From: Selaginella moellendorffii
Taxonomy: Eukaryota; Plantae; Lycopodiophyta
Assembly (NCBI RefSeq): GCF_000143415.4
Contig: NW_003314388.1
Span: forward strand, 62,001 to 126,000
Direction of reading: 5' to 3'
DNA length: 64,000 bases
This document shows, piece after piece, positions 12,992 to 23,795 of the stretch. The first letter of the stretch is position 1, and each line of letters begins with the position of its first letter. The position numbers and the translations under genes were made by a program. Below the pieces are notes generated by a model. The model ran no database searches. It was not told the origin of the DNA and saw only the letters and a list, made by a program, of their open reading frames with translations.

Positions 12992-13532
12992 TTAGGGAAC
13001 TTTTCCTGATTCGGACTCGATGAACACCAGGGGAAGCCGTGGGAGATGGTGATGTGGGAGAGATGAGCTGTAAGTCCTTCCAACAAATCTGAGGCTGATG
13101 TAGTTGGAACCAAGGAAGACCGAGCACCACAGAGGAAGACTTGCTGTTGATGATGTTGAAGGCGATATCGGTGACGGTGGACCCGATGTGTACTCGAACG
13201 GGCAACATTTCCCTAAGTCCAGAAGATGGAGACACAAAATGCCCGCCGATGCCTTCAACCCTCAGATCCCATATGGTAGGAGAAAGAGGAACGTGATGTC
13301 GGGCAGCAAAGTCCGTGTCCATGAAGCAGGAAGTTGCACCCGAGTCTAGTAGCGCCAAAGCCTTGAGTCCTGATTGTCCGGTGAAAGAAAGGAGACATGG
13401 GACGCGGAAGTTGCGGGAATTGGTGGTGGCTTTGATGAAAGGTGGTGAGGAGCTTGATAAGGAAGAAAAGTGATTTTTATTTGGGGAGTCCAAACAGACA
13501 GCTCCTACTCTGTTTGGACAGGGTCGTTTCCC
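12834..13532 (-). CDS. Retrotransposon aspartic protease, in the -1 frame relative to gag
   Basis: [12 protein letters not shown] catalytic motif and VVLGLPWF; entered through the G GGA AAC slippery site. Confidence 0.9.
   Translation of the reverse strand, partial: GKRPCPNRVGAVCLDSPNKNHFSSLSSSSPPFIKATTNSRNFRVPCLLSFTGQSGLKALALLDSGATSCFMDTDFAARHHVPLSPTIWDLRVEGIGGHFVSPSSGLREMLPVRVHIGSTVTDIAFNIINSKSSSVVLGLPWFQLHQPQICWKDLQLISPTSPSPTASPGVHRVRIRKSSLNSSRGSVPDSTQFSSSSFFSLPYYTGQYPRLIIPFSRYSSSYLHNHYERTPS
13448..13532 (-). promoter_or_regulatory. -1 programmed ribosomal frameshift signal (slippery heptamer + H-type pseudoknot)
   Basis: GGGAAAC (13532-13526) in gag phase, 6-nt spacer, 11-bp stem GTCCAAACAGA/TCTGTTTGGAC, loop AGGAGCT complementary to AGCTCCT (13454-13448). 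Confidence 0.85.
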
Positions 13533-14482
13533 GACTGCAACAGTGGTGGACTTTGAGGCAGAGTGAACTCGAGCAATCGGGGAGGCTTCCTGGGACACAC
13601 AGCTGCTTTGTGATTAGGATCAGCACAGTAGAGGCAAAGATTATGAGATATTCGACGTTGCCTCTCAGCAGGACTCAACTTCCCTCTAATGAGTCGGGGA
13701 GTACCAGAAATATCCATCGGGACCGGAGCAGTAGGTTCAGGACTATGCCCCGAAGACTCAAGCTGGGATTCCTGAGTCTGGGACGGAAAAACAGCGGCGC
13801 GGCAACTTTCCTGACGACGTTCAAAGAGACGATTGTCACATCGAACAGCTTTGTTGATGGCGTCCGACAGGTCCTTGGGATCCTCCATGGTGAGCAACAA
13901 ATCCTTGACACCGTTGTTGAGGCCGAAACGAAATTGGTCAATCAGGGCCCGCTCATCCCACTGAGTGTCCAAGGCAAGGAGTTGGAACTCTGCAGCGTAG
14001 ATCGAGGCAGGACGAGACCCCTGAGAGAGACGTCTCATCTTTGTGGTAGCAGCCCGAACCCGATCCGTCTCGCCAAAACATGCTTCGAGCTTCTCTTTGA
14101 ACAATTGAAGATCCATCAGCTCCGGAACCACGACCCCTTTCATGCTCTTCTCCAGAAGAGGAGAAAACCATGACAAAGCTGCACCCTCGAGCAACGTCCC
14201 AATCGCGCCGATTTGAGACTCGGGAGTGGGGTACCGCCGATGTTGAAGTGCAAAGATCAGCTCCATTTGATTCAAAAATCCACGAAGCTCCGAACGCTTG
14301 CCTGAAAATTTCGCCGGGAAACTCACCTTCGGTTCAGGAACTTTGCTGGATCCTTGAGCCGAAAGTGAAGCAAGCTCCTGCTGCATGCGAAGAAGGGTCG
14401 CCTTCAGCTCGGTATTCTCAGACTGGATTTTTGCAAGGACTTCGGCAAAGAAATCAGGATGGCTTGGAGACTCCATTGGCAA
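13505..14482 (-). CDS. gag: Retrotransposon Gag
   Basis: PAKFSGKRSELRGF, LSQGSRPASIYAAEF, PVPMDI motif, CCHC knuckle CLYCADPNHKAAVC. Confidence 0.95.
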   Translation of the reverse strand: MPMESPSHPDFFAEVLAKIQSENTELKATLLRMQQELASLSAQGSSKVPEPKVSFPAKFSGKRSELRGFLNQMELIFALQHRRYPTPESQIGAIGTLLEGAALSWFSPLLEKSMKGVVVPELMDLQLFKEKLEACFGETDRVRAATTKMRRLSQGSRPASIYAAEFQLLALDTQWDERALIDQFRFGLNNGVKDLLLTMEDPKDLSDAINKAVRCDNRLFERRQESCRAAVFPSQTQESQLESSGHSPEPTAPVPMDISGTPRLIRGKLSPAERQRRISHNLCLYCADPNHKAAVCPRKPPRLLEFTLPQSPPLLQSGNDPVQTE

Positions 14483-14556
14483 GAAGAAAGAAAAGAAAGG
14501 GGGGAAAAGACAAAGGCAATCAAATAATCAAAACAAGCTAAAAAAAAAGCAAAAAA

Positions 14557-14571
14557 CACAATCTGAATCAA
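14557..14571 (-). other. Non-tRNA (self-priming type) primer-binding site
   Basis: TTGATTCAGATTGTG lies 2 nt after the 5' LTR, lacks the TGG of tRNA PBSs, and is the exact complement of LTR 14678-14664. Confidence 0.85.
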
Positions 14572-14573
14572 AC

Positions 14574-14960
14574 TGTCAAGACCCCCAACAAGATCAAGAC
14601 TGGAAAATGCTAAAGACAAAGAGAAAAAGCTAGTGAAAACAAAGAAGAGGCCTTAGACTGGTGTTGATTCAGATTGTGGAGAAATGGAACAAGGCTAACC
14701 TATATATACTATAGGTTGATGAAGCTCCACCACTCTTGGATCGAGGACAGCCTAAATACAGCTGAGGTCGAGGAGGTGCCACATCATCATCAGGAATGTG
14801 GCTCGAGACTCAGGAATCGGGAAGTGTCTCGAGAGTCAGGAATAGGGAAGTGTCTCGAGAGTCAGGAATAGAGAAGTGTCTCGAGAGTCAGGAATGTGGT
14901 CTGCAGGTCAGGAATCCGGCGAGAGTCAGGAATGTGGCAAGAATTGGGGGATTCCTGACA
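14574..14960 (-). repeat. 5' LTR
   Basis: Same sequence as 9360-9746; TATATATA box at 14701-14708. Confidence 0.97.
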
Positions 14961-17900
14961 AGTGTTTTGGCTTCACATTGGATTTTGAAAATGGTTGAAA
15001 AAGAGTGTTAGTGCAATATGGATATTTGAAGATATGGTCTTTGTGATCAAGCCTTGGATGTTCATTTTGCATTTTGCGAATGTCAGTGTTGGATGTCAGA
15101 AAATGAGCAAAAATGTTCGATGTTTAGACATACTGTTGGGTCATAAAAATTTGTGTTAAGGTAAACCTTTGTGAAGTTGTTAATAGGAAGAAGTTGGTTG
15201 AGTCTTGAAAGTTTGCATTGTTAGACTAAGAGTCATTCTTTCTCTAGGATGGAAAATTTTCACAAATTTTATTAAACTTTTCCAATGACTAATCTGTTGA
15301 TCACTTTGCTCAAAAACCATTTTGTTTTCATAAGCGAGTACAAGTTAGTGAAGGGGTTGAAGTTGACTTCGGTTAGCTTAAACCTTAGTAGGTAGTTTGT
15401 ATGATGTAAACCGAAAAAGACGCTAACCTTTGGGGTTAAGGCAATTGAGTTAGATAAAGTTTAGAATTGGTGTAGAAGAGTGTCTATTGCACTTTTCTAG
15501 AAAGGTGACCCTTACACCTTTCTTTCATAGCATTGTGCTTGGTGGTAGGTTGCATTTTGCATTTTGTTACACTCTATGAGAGTAGTGAGCTCTCATTGAT
15601 CTTGACTTGGTCTTGGTAGTCTTGTACTTTGGCTGAGAATAATGATGTCCAACTTAGTTATTTGAAGTTAAGATGTTGGTACCCATACTATAGCTTTGTT
15701 TATGAGGAGGTTATGTACCAATATGAGTCCATCTCATGATCTTCACTTTAGTTTCGACTGAGTGTTGATCATGCATAGATAGCCTCTTCAAGGCATGCTC
15801 AGAGATATTGACTAGATGTGTTGGTGAGCTTATTATGGTTGAGCTAGATTCGAGTGGTCATTTAGATCATGTTTGTCTATGAACCTTTATTTTGTATCTA
15901 AGGTATTACATTTATGTTGGACAAGTGTATGACTCAATGATGAGAGTTTAGTGTTTGGGTCTTGTGAAGGCAAGTTGAAGAATGATTGTTAGTTGCTTTG
16001 TGACTAGTGATTACTTGTAAACTTCGTCAAAGACTATTAACACTTGCTTTGCTTGATAATGATTTTGTAGTGATAGGCTTGTTTTACTGATTGGTGTTGT
16101 AGACGATCGTGTTGTTAGACTTACAAAGGTTTTCCATGTTAGCATGTCAACTCTACCTCTGTCGATATCCTTTGGTTGTGTTTAGTCCATGGTGTTGGAT
16201 TTCATGGAATCTTAGATGTGGTGAATCACTCCTTGATAATATGTTATTTGAAACTGAATATTGTTGAAGGATTAATCTCAAATACTAACTAAAGTATCTT
16301 CAACTTTAGCTAACTTAGTTGTTAAAGAGTTTTGAGTGGTAATTCACTCTTGCTTTTTACTAGCTTTGTGATGTTGATGGCATTAAAAGGGTGCCTTGTC
16401 GTTGACACTATTGCTATTGAAATTCGAGTGAAATGAGATGTCTTTCCATATGATTGATATTGACTTTCATTGGTCTTGATAAAGATACTGTTGATAATTT
16501 GGTTGTAGCTTTTTGTTATTAACATTTGTACAATTGTTAATTAGCAATTGTATTGGCGTTCAAATAAACTGAGTGGCAAGTTGAGTTAGTTGTGTTTTAG
16601 ATGAGATTACTTAGTAGAGGTTGAGCTTTAACTTGTCCTTAAAAAGTGATTCAATTATGAACTATGCTAGCTTTAAGGTATATGAGAATAATATCTCGCC
16701 CAGTCAAGGTGGTCAAGCCTGCATTGGACAAATTGCAATAGGGTAAGCAATTGTAAACTGTACGTGTAGATATTCAGCTTATTGGACTACCAATAACCTT
16801 GAGCCTTGTACAACTATACGGCCGAGATGCAATCATGTATCGCAAGAAGCTCCATGTTGAGTGGAGATTGTCGACGATAGGGCTCCCGTTTTGCACCAGC
16901 TGTTCTCCTGTGGGACTTGTACCGCCATGCCCATCCCTTTGTGGGACTCCTCTCCAGACAGGAAGTAGATGCCGTACCCTGCCAAGAGCGATTCTTTATC
17001 GAAGGATATCAATGAATACATTCCAAGGAGATGATGCTTTTATTTCATCAAGTCCTTGCTCACAAGTACAAATGGTAATGGCCCATTTCTCCCATGGCTT
17101 TCCTAATCTTACTCCTACACCGCTACACCTTGTTCATGATGCACGCTTCAACACCAGCTTTGCACTTGAGAGCCATCATCATGTGTACTAAGTTTTGGGG
17201 CCCCAAGTTCCAAATATATAGAATCCTTGACTAAAGGTTCAGCAGCCTACAAGAAACAAAGAGATGGATGGACAATGAAAAAGTGAAAAGAGTAGAGACA
17301 AGGAGCTCACTAGATGAAAGGCTTCGACTGCAGTGTCCCTTTTCGCAATCTCTCCACTTGATCAAGCTTCCACCAGTTAACTCGTAAGTGCTTCAAATAT
17401 TAGCAAATGGAGAAACAAAGTCTTTCCTCTTGTATAAAGGACGTGGTTCTCGCCATTAATTGGGGACTCATGTCTTTGTTCTTCCACACAGTTGTCTGAT
17501 CCGGCCCCTGGGTCGCAGTCTTTAAACCATGTCTCTGCCTGGAAGATGCAGTTCCCGGGTAGGGCAAGCACATTCTGGAGGGAATGAGCGAGCCCGTGCC
17601 CGGGAACGGCCTTAACAAGCTGTGGCGAGACCATTAACAGACACATGGAATAATGTTATTGGAGGATGAAAGGGTTCTCTAGAACCTGGCAGCTGGCAGC
17701 TGGGTTCTGAAGAACCTAGCAGTTGTCAGCCACGTTCTCGTAGAGAACCTGACTCGATCTGACGGCTGCCAACAATTGGATCAAGTTAATGGGCAAGCCA
17801 CAGCCCGTTAAGGGAGAATCAGAAATAGATCAAGACTAAAACTATTTTCTCACCTCCCTGAACTGTCAGAACATCGCCATTTGAGCGACAATTCCTGTAG

Positions 17901-19243
17901 AAAAGTGAGGTTGAAAGATGAAAGGGACAGATTGCACCGATCCTCAGGATCATTTGTACCCGAGAGCGATGTGAATTGTCCACCGTGTTTGTTTGTGCCT
18001 TCTCTTCTGGGCAGTGACCGCGACGGTGAAAAGATGGGAGCGACAATGGATGGGCAAAGGATGTATGTTGAAGCTCGCAGCTAATTGACAAGGCAAGGGA
18101 TTTATCTCGCTTGTCAGATTTCTGTTTCCAACATTGAGCTTTTACTACAGAGAAGTCCAAGAGTTACTCACGATTCTCTCAATTCTCGCTCCGGCCAGAA
18201 GTGGAGCAGCAATCGAGCTGCAGTACCACCTCCCTGATGACCAAATAACAAGGAACTCTAGGAAGCTAACCGGGAGAGCTAGGAAGAAAATCAACAGCTC
18301 TTACTACTGGGAATGATCGGTGGAAGCGAGGAGAACTCGTCCTTCAATCAAACAAAGAATATAAACTTTCTTTTCACTCCTCAAGACAGGAAGTTATATA
18401 CCCAGTATGAACCGACCCACACAGAATCCACATTTCCTACATTGGGTCGTAAAGCTCTCAAGAACCAAATGAGCTGAGATTGTTTACCTGTTTGATCCAG
18501 CAGCAGCAATCTAGGTCCCTCAAATTCACCGGGCGAATCTCTGGCCACCTCGAGAATCGCAATTGTGTTGTAGGAGCTCATCATGGATGTCATAGCGATG
18601 GGAGCGGCCGCGGTGGCCTCCAAAGCTCCACCGAGAAGTCCCTCTTGCGCTTGGACGAGGACGCGGCATTGGCGACAAGACGGGCATCTGGGCGATGCTA
18701 CTGGAATCGTCGGCAATGGAAGTGGATTAGCACGGCCATAGCAATGTCATTTCATTAAAATAACTATCCAACGTTTAAGGCCTAAATTCAGGCCATCTTA
18801 CCTGGAGCAAACGAAACGTGTCGCACTAGTGGATTGAAATTATCAACTACATCATCACTGGAGACTGTGAATTGGATCAAATGTTTGCAGACCGATTATT
18901 TCTCTTTGTTTTTTCGTGATCTCTTCTTCGAATTGTTTAACAGTGTTGAACCTTAGCTTTCAAAAACTTCGGGTCGGAGTAGTTCTCGCTTGCTTGTATT
19001 CATCGTGCCTGGAAGACAACGCCACTAAGAACACAGCCCCGATACACTCTAAAGAAAAACCTCACCTCATGATGCTTAGTACGAGGGCTTTCCCGAATTC
19101 TCAGGGCGAATCGTCAGCATTTTTGTTCCCAGCGGGAAGATCTTGCACGGCTTCGAGGCCAATGCTGATAATTTCCTTGTAAAGGCCTTCCATAGCACGA
19201 AAGGGAAGCTATCAAATCGCCCTCTCGTCAATATACACATCTG

Positions 19244-20615
19244 TCACACACGTTCGGATACTCCATATTGGAACGGCAGTATCTCAAGCGCGACTGTTTT
19301 CAGAGAAGGCATGGTTTCCTGTGAGTGAATGCAAACCATTTCTCCCTCTACGGATCTGAGAACTTGCCAAGGCCCGGGATAAGCTCTGCAAAAAAACTCG
19401 TCAGAATCACAAGTTACCAACACAAAACATAGAAATCCTAAGCAGTGACACTTACCTGAATAGCGTCCCTGCAAATCGTCCCTTGAAGTTGTGTATGTAA
19501 TAAACAGTCTCGAAGTCCGGAAGGAAAGTCTTGGCGAGAGCCCCTAGTTTCGGATAGAAAAACGGCGGATAATCTGAGAAAAAAGCTCGCTAAGGCAAAC
19601 CAAAATATTGAAAGGTCTTTAAGGATACACCCGTTTCGGATCTTGTCCAGATCTCCGTTGATAACTATTATCGGGCATCCACTTTCCTTCGCAGACTCTC
19701 TGTAGAGCTCTTCAACCGCAAGCATTTCTAGAAAACAAAGAATAGAGAAGAATAGAGAAAAGTATAAGCAAAAAAATTATTAAAAAAATCATCAGACCAT
19801 TGGGGTTGAAGAATGGATACGCCACAACAAACGTTGCATCTGTTGGTCTTGTGCGCTCGGACATTTTCACCTTCTTGCCGAGTCCAATATCATCCCACGG
19901 CGATGGTTTCGTCAAGTAGTCCAGCTTATACATGCTTCCATCAAACACGCCGCTCTTGGCTATGTTCATCTCGGCCAGCTCCGGAAAAAACTACACATCA
20001 AATCCAAGTTTCATCTTCTTTCTTCCTTGCTACGTGAAACTCACCACTCGAGTCCGTGGAGCCTTCTCCCCGGTGAACATCCCAGCACAGAATTTCTGGA
20101 CAATTTCCATGCTTATGTTCATCTCAATACCACCCTCTTCGTCTCCTGTAAGAAAGTCCCACATGAATAGAGCAGAAGAAATCGAAAAGAGAACAAAAGA
20201 TTCTTACACTTGTCACAGAAACTAGCGAGTTTCAGATCAATCACCTGAAACGGTGTTGAGTCCAGCCGGTGGAACTTCAACTTCCTAGGAAGAACATCAA
20301 AGAAAAGAGCAAAGAGAAGAATTCCATACCAGAAGTTTCTTGGAGTCGTCAAGAGCAGCCTGACAAGCGTCTTGTGCCTTTCAAGTAAACAACTCATGAG
20401 AAAATCTCTCTCCCGGCCTAGAACAAAAGATTTCCAAGAGATACCTGTTTGACCATCTCAATGTAATCCGATGGAAATGGAACACTGCCCACATTCCCAT
20501 CCCTAGAAGCGCGCAAGATTCTCCAGCTCAATTTTTCCCGCCGCGGGCGAAGATCACGGCATCGTCGGAGAGGGCAAGCACAGATCCTCCAAGCAGTAGT
20601 AGGAGCCGATAGCAT
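19244..20615 (-). CDS. LPA3: LOW PSII ACCUMULATION 3-like chloroplast protein (DUF1995), multi-exon
   Basis: Joined exons give VPFPSDY..LEVEVPPAGLNTVSGDEEGGIEM..FFPE..KLDYLTKPS..VAYPFFNPNEMLAVEELY..NGDLDKIRNGYYPPFFYPKL..YYIHNFKG..GTLFRAYPGPWQVL; transit-peptide-like N-terminus. Confidence 0.88.
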
Positions 20616-20689
20616 TTTGCCGGCAAATAACTTCTCCCTAGCTTAGAACCCTTATTTCTTCTCTCTGTTTTTAGGGTTTATCAGTCACA

Positions 20690-22603
20690 ATGGGCTTCTC
20701 CACCGCCTTGAAGCTCGCGGATCTCAACGACTTCATCGCGCCATCGCAGGCTTGCGTCGTATCGCTCAACAGCAAGAAGATCGAGGTGAGCTATGGTGCT
20801 ATAAGAAATTCCACTAGAATTTCACGGATTTTTCGTTTCGCACAGGATGACGGTGGAAGCGTCAAAATTCACTCGCGAGTTCCTTCCAGCTTCGATCAAA
20901 CGAAAAATGTAGCCGTGGAGAAGCCAGTCAAAGTGACGCTTCACGATTGCTTAGCTTGCAGGTGTGGATCCAAAGCTCTTGCTTTCGTTTTTACATATGT
21001 GTTTTTCTTTGCGCAGTGGCTGTATCACGTCGGCCGAGACCGTGATGCTGGAGCATCAAAGCATCGAAGAGTTTCTAAATCGTCTCTCGGACAGCGGCAA
21101 GAGTGTGATCGTCTCGCTATCTCCACAGTCGAGAGCATCACTGGCAGCTTACTACGGCTTGTCGCAACTTCAAGTAAGTCCAAGTCGGAGAATTTCTCCT
21201 AGCCTAGTAACGCGTCACAGGTTTTCAGAAAACTTACAGGCTTTCTCAAATCTCTCGGTGTCAAAGCCGTCTTTGACACCAGCTGCAGCAGAGATTTATC
21301 CCTCATCGAATCGTGTGTGGAGTTCGTTAATCGCTACAAAGAGAGACAACTTCCTGTGGTGACTTCTGCGTGTCCAGGTAGGCTGTTCAAAGCTTGTCAC
21401 ACTTGTGTGCTTATCGCGCCCCGGTTTTCTAGGATGGATTTGCTACGCAGAGAAAACGCTTGATGCAGAAATTCTTCCTTACATTAGTAGAGTAAAGAGT
21501 CCACAGCAGGCTATGGGTGCTGTGTTAAAGCGGCATGCGTGTTATGCTTTGGGCCTCAGGTTCGTGGCTTTCGAGACCGGAGATCTCGTAATCTTACTTT
21601 TGGTTTTCTTTTCGTTGTTCTAGACCGGAGGATGTATATCATGTTACAGTGATGCCTTGTTATGACAAGAAGCTGGAAGCTTCTCGGGACGACTTTATAT
21701 TCGCTCTAGAGAACGGGGCCTCTGGCCTTGCGGAAGTTGATTCAGTGCTAACCTCGGGAGAAATTTTGGATCTTCTTCAAGTGAGTCTTTGATAAGAGGT
21801 CCTTTTTATGAACATACTGAATTGTTTCTCTTCACAGTCTAGAGATATTGACTTCATGTCACTTGAGGAGCAGCCACTGGACAAACTGTAAGTTCCATTT
21901 CACTACGTTTTTTTCTTCTTCTCGACAAAGCTCTCATGTCTCGTAGTGCAGTCTTACAAATGTAGACGAACAAGGCCATTTGTACGGTGTTCCCGGCGGC
22001 TCTGGAGGATACGCCGAGTGTGTGTTTAAATACGCCGCGAAGCACCTCTTTGGAGCAGAGCCTGATCGCGTGGAGTTTCAAGTTGTCAGAAATGCCGACT
22101 TTCGGGAAGTCAAGCTGGAGGTTTGTGCCGTTTCTTTATTCCTCAATCGCTTCGATCTAACGTTCAGGCTCCCAGGTGGATGGAGAGGTTCGATTGAAAT
22201 TTGCTCTTGCATATGGCTTTCGAAACATTCAGAACCTCGTACGCAAGATCCGGCTAAAGAAATGCGAGTACCAGTACGTAGAGATCATGGCATGTCCTTC
22301 GGGGTGCTTGAATGGTGGTGGACAAATCAAACCAAAGGAAGGACAGTCTGCCAAGGAGCTCATCCAAAATCTGGAGAGCGCTTACTTGCAAGAGGTACTT
22401 CCTTTTCATGCTTTATATTCTTTTGCTCAAATCTCTGTTTGGGATTGCAGGTAGAGATGAAGGATCCCTTTGATAACCCCATTGTAAAATCTCTATACGA
22501 CTCTTGGCTTGGAGAACCTGCGTCACTGAGCTCTAAGCGAGTACTGTCCACCGAGTATCATCACAGAGAGAAGAATGTCACTAGCCAGTTAGCAAATTGG
22601 TGA
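20690..22603 (+). CDS. NAR1: Cytosolic Fe-S cluster assembly factor, hydrogenase-like (NAR1/CIAO3), multi-exon
   Basis: [84 protein letters not shown]-terminal W. Confidence 0.95.
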
Positions 22604-22653
22604 AAAGGGATGTACATTTTTTATCGAGAACGTTGCTGATATGTCGAGCCTGA

Positions 22654-23673
22654 TCAGCACAACTCCTTGGACGATGGTTGTCCTTTCACAAAATGGCGGC
22701 ATTGGAACCTGTAGTTACAGCAAGCTTGGACAAGAACTTTACGAAAGTAGTTCCAGTACCAGATTTTCTCGCTGTTAGCTTCTTCTAGGCTTTCTCCTCG
22801 TAGGAAGTCGATTGATATCTCAGATGCCTACACGAGAAACAAGGAAAAAGAATTGTCAAAGGCATGAGGAAACTTTTGCAAGAACCTTGGCGGAATTCCA
22901 CGTAAATGCTCTTTTGGGAAGAAAGTTCTCTGACAGTGTTGGCATGAACTCTGGGGAAGCTTTTACAAGAAGAAATAGCTTCGTCGGCCCTGCCAAAGGA
23001 ATGAGAACAAGAATATGGATTTAAAAGTCACTGCGAAAGCTCTACCTGCGACTTTCTCCGTGATACCACTCGACAGAAGCTCTCGAATCATCTGCGATGA
23101 GACCATTTCTTAGAATAAACAAGAAGAAAAGTAGTACCTTTGTCGTGAGCTGCTTGAGATCGATCTTTGTTTTCTCCGCCGACGACGAAGAATCCGACAG
23201 TTCTCCAAAGTTCTTCAATCTGTAAACTACCTGTGGCCGCGCGACGTTGGATCCGATGAGAAGCACAATCTCCACAACACCTGGGGCAGTGCTGTTGATC
23301 GCGCTCTCTACCGCCACCATCAGCCTCTCGACGCAATCCAAGAACTTGTGGAGCTTCTTTGTCTTTCGGACGAATCTTTGCAAGTTCTTGCCGAGCGATT
23401 TGCGGGTCGTTTCGTCACGAACACTCCCTTCCTGCATCTGTACTAAGGCTTCTGCAAAGAAAGAGTGAGCTCACCATGCCTCGCAGCTCAATTTGCATCT
23501 GATCAAATGTCCTGCGATCGATCAAATGATGATGAGATCACACAGGAAAACTGCTTGTACCTCGGCATTTGCTGGTGCATGTAGAGGACGAAGGCGATGA
23601 GCTCCCTGGCCAGAAACCCTAGCACCTGGCCGTCGAGGGCGCCATAGCCGAGAGAAATATCGACGCGCGCCAT
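22654..23673 (-). CDS. COMET: p31comet / MAD2L1-binding HORMA-like protein, 7 exons
   Basis: Assembled by hand: MARVDISLG..FVLYMHQQMP..VEIVLLIGSNVARPQVVY..GPTKLFLLVKA..FLPKRAF..IWFQCRHFVKG; these motifs match plant p31comet. Confidence 0.85.
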
Positions 23674-23795
23674 TTTGCTCACGCCCTAGGCTTTCAAAAT
23701 GGGAATCCAATGGATATCCTTCTTCGCATATCCTATGAATATGCTTTTATTACAAGGTATATTTTATAAGATGTCTCTCTGTTTTTTTTCGTCAC

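Larger units (their letters stand above)
9360..14960 (-). mobile_element. Full-length Ty3/gypsy LTR retrotransposon, chromovirus (Tcn1/Tf1-sushi-like)
   Basis: 387-bp LTRs with TGTCA...TGACA ends; 5-bp TSD AGTGT (9355-9359, 14961-14965); gag-PR-RT-RH-IN-chromodomain order; PPT next to the 3' LTR. Confidence 0.98.
8100..16650 (-). mobile_element. Heavily degraded retroelement-like DNA into which the young chromovirus inserted (flanks 8100-9359 and 14961-16650)
   Basis: Same T-rich, CpG-poor composition on both sides of the TSD, no intact ORF, faint integrase-like QNG..E..NR..KV trace near 15280-15330. Boundaries approximate. Confidence 0.35.

Noticed and set aside
13442-14173. 243-aa ORF antisense to gag, and the 208-aa off-frame ORF at 9904-10530
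   Set aside because: Shadow frames of GC-balanced coding DNA, with non-ATG or weak starts and no motifs.
16680-18780. Several 60-130-aa ORFs in moderately GC-rich DNA
   Set aside because: No family recognised and no coherent exon chain; possibly pseudogene fragments, left uncalled.
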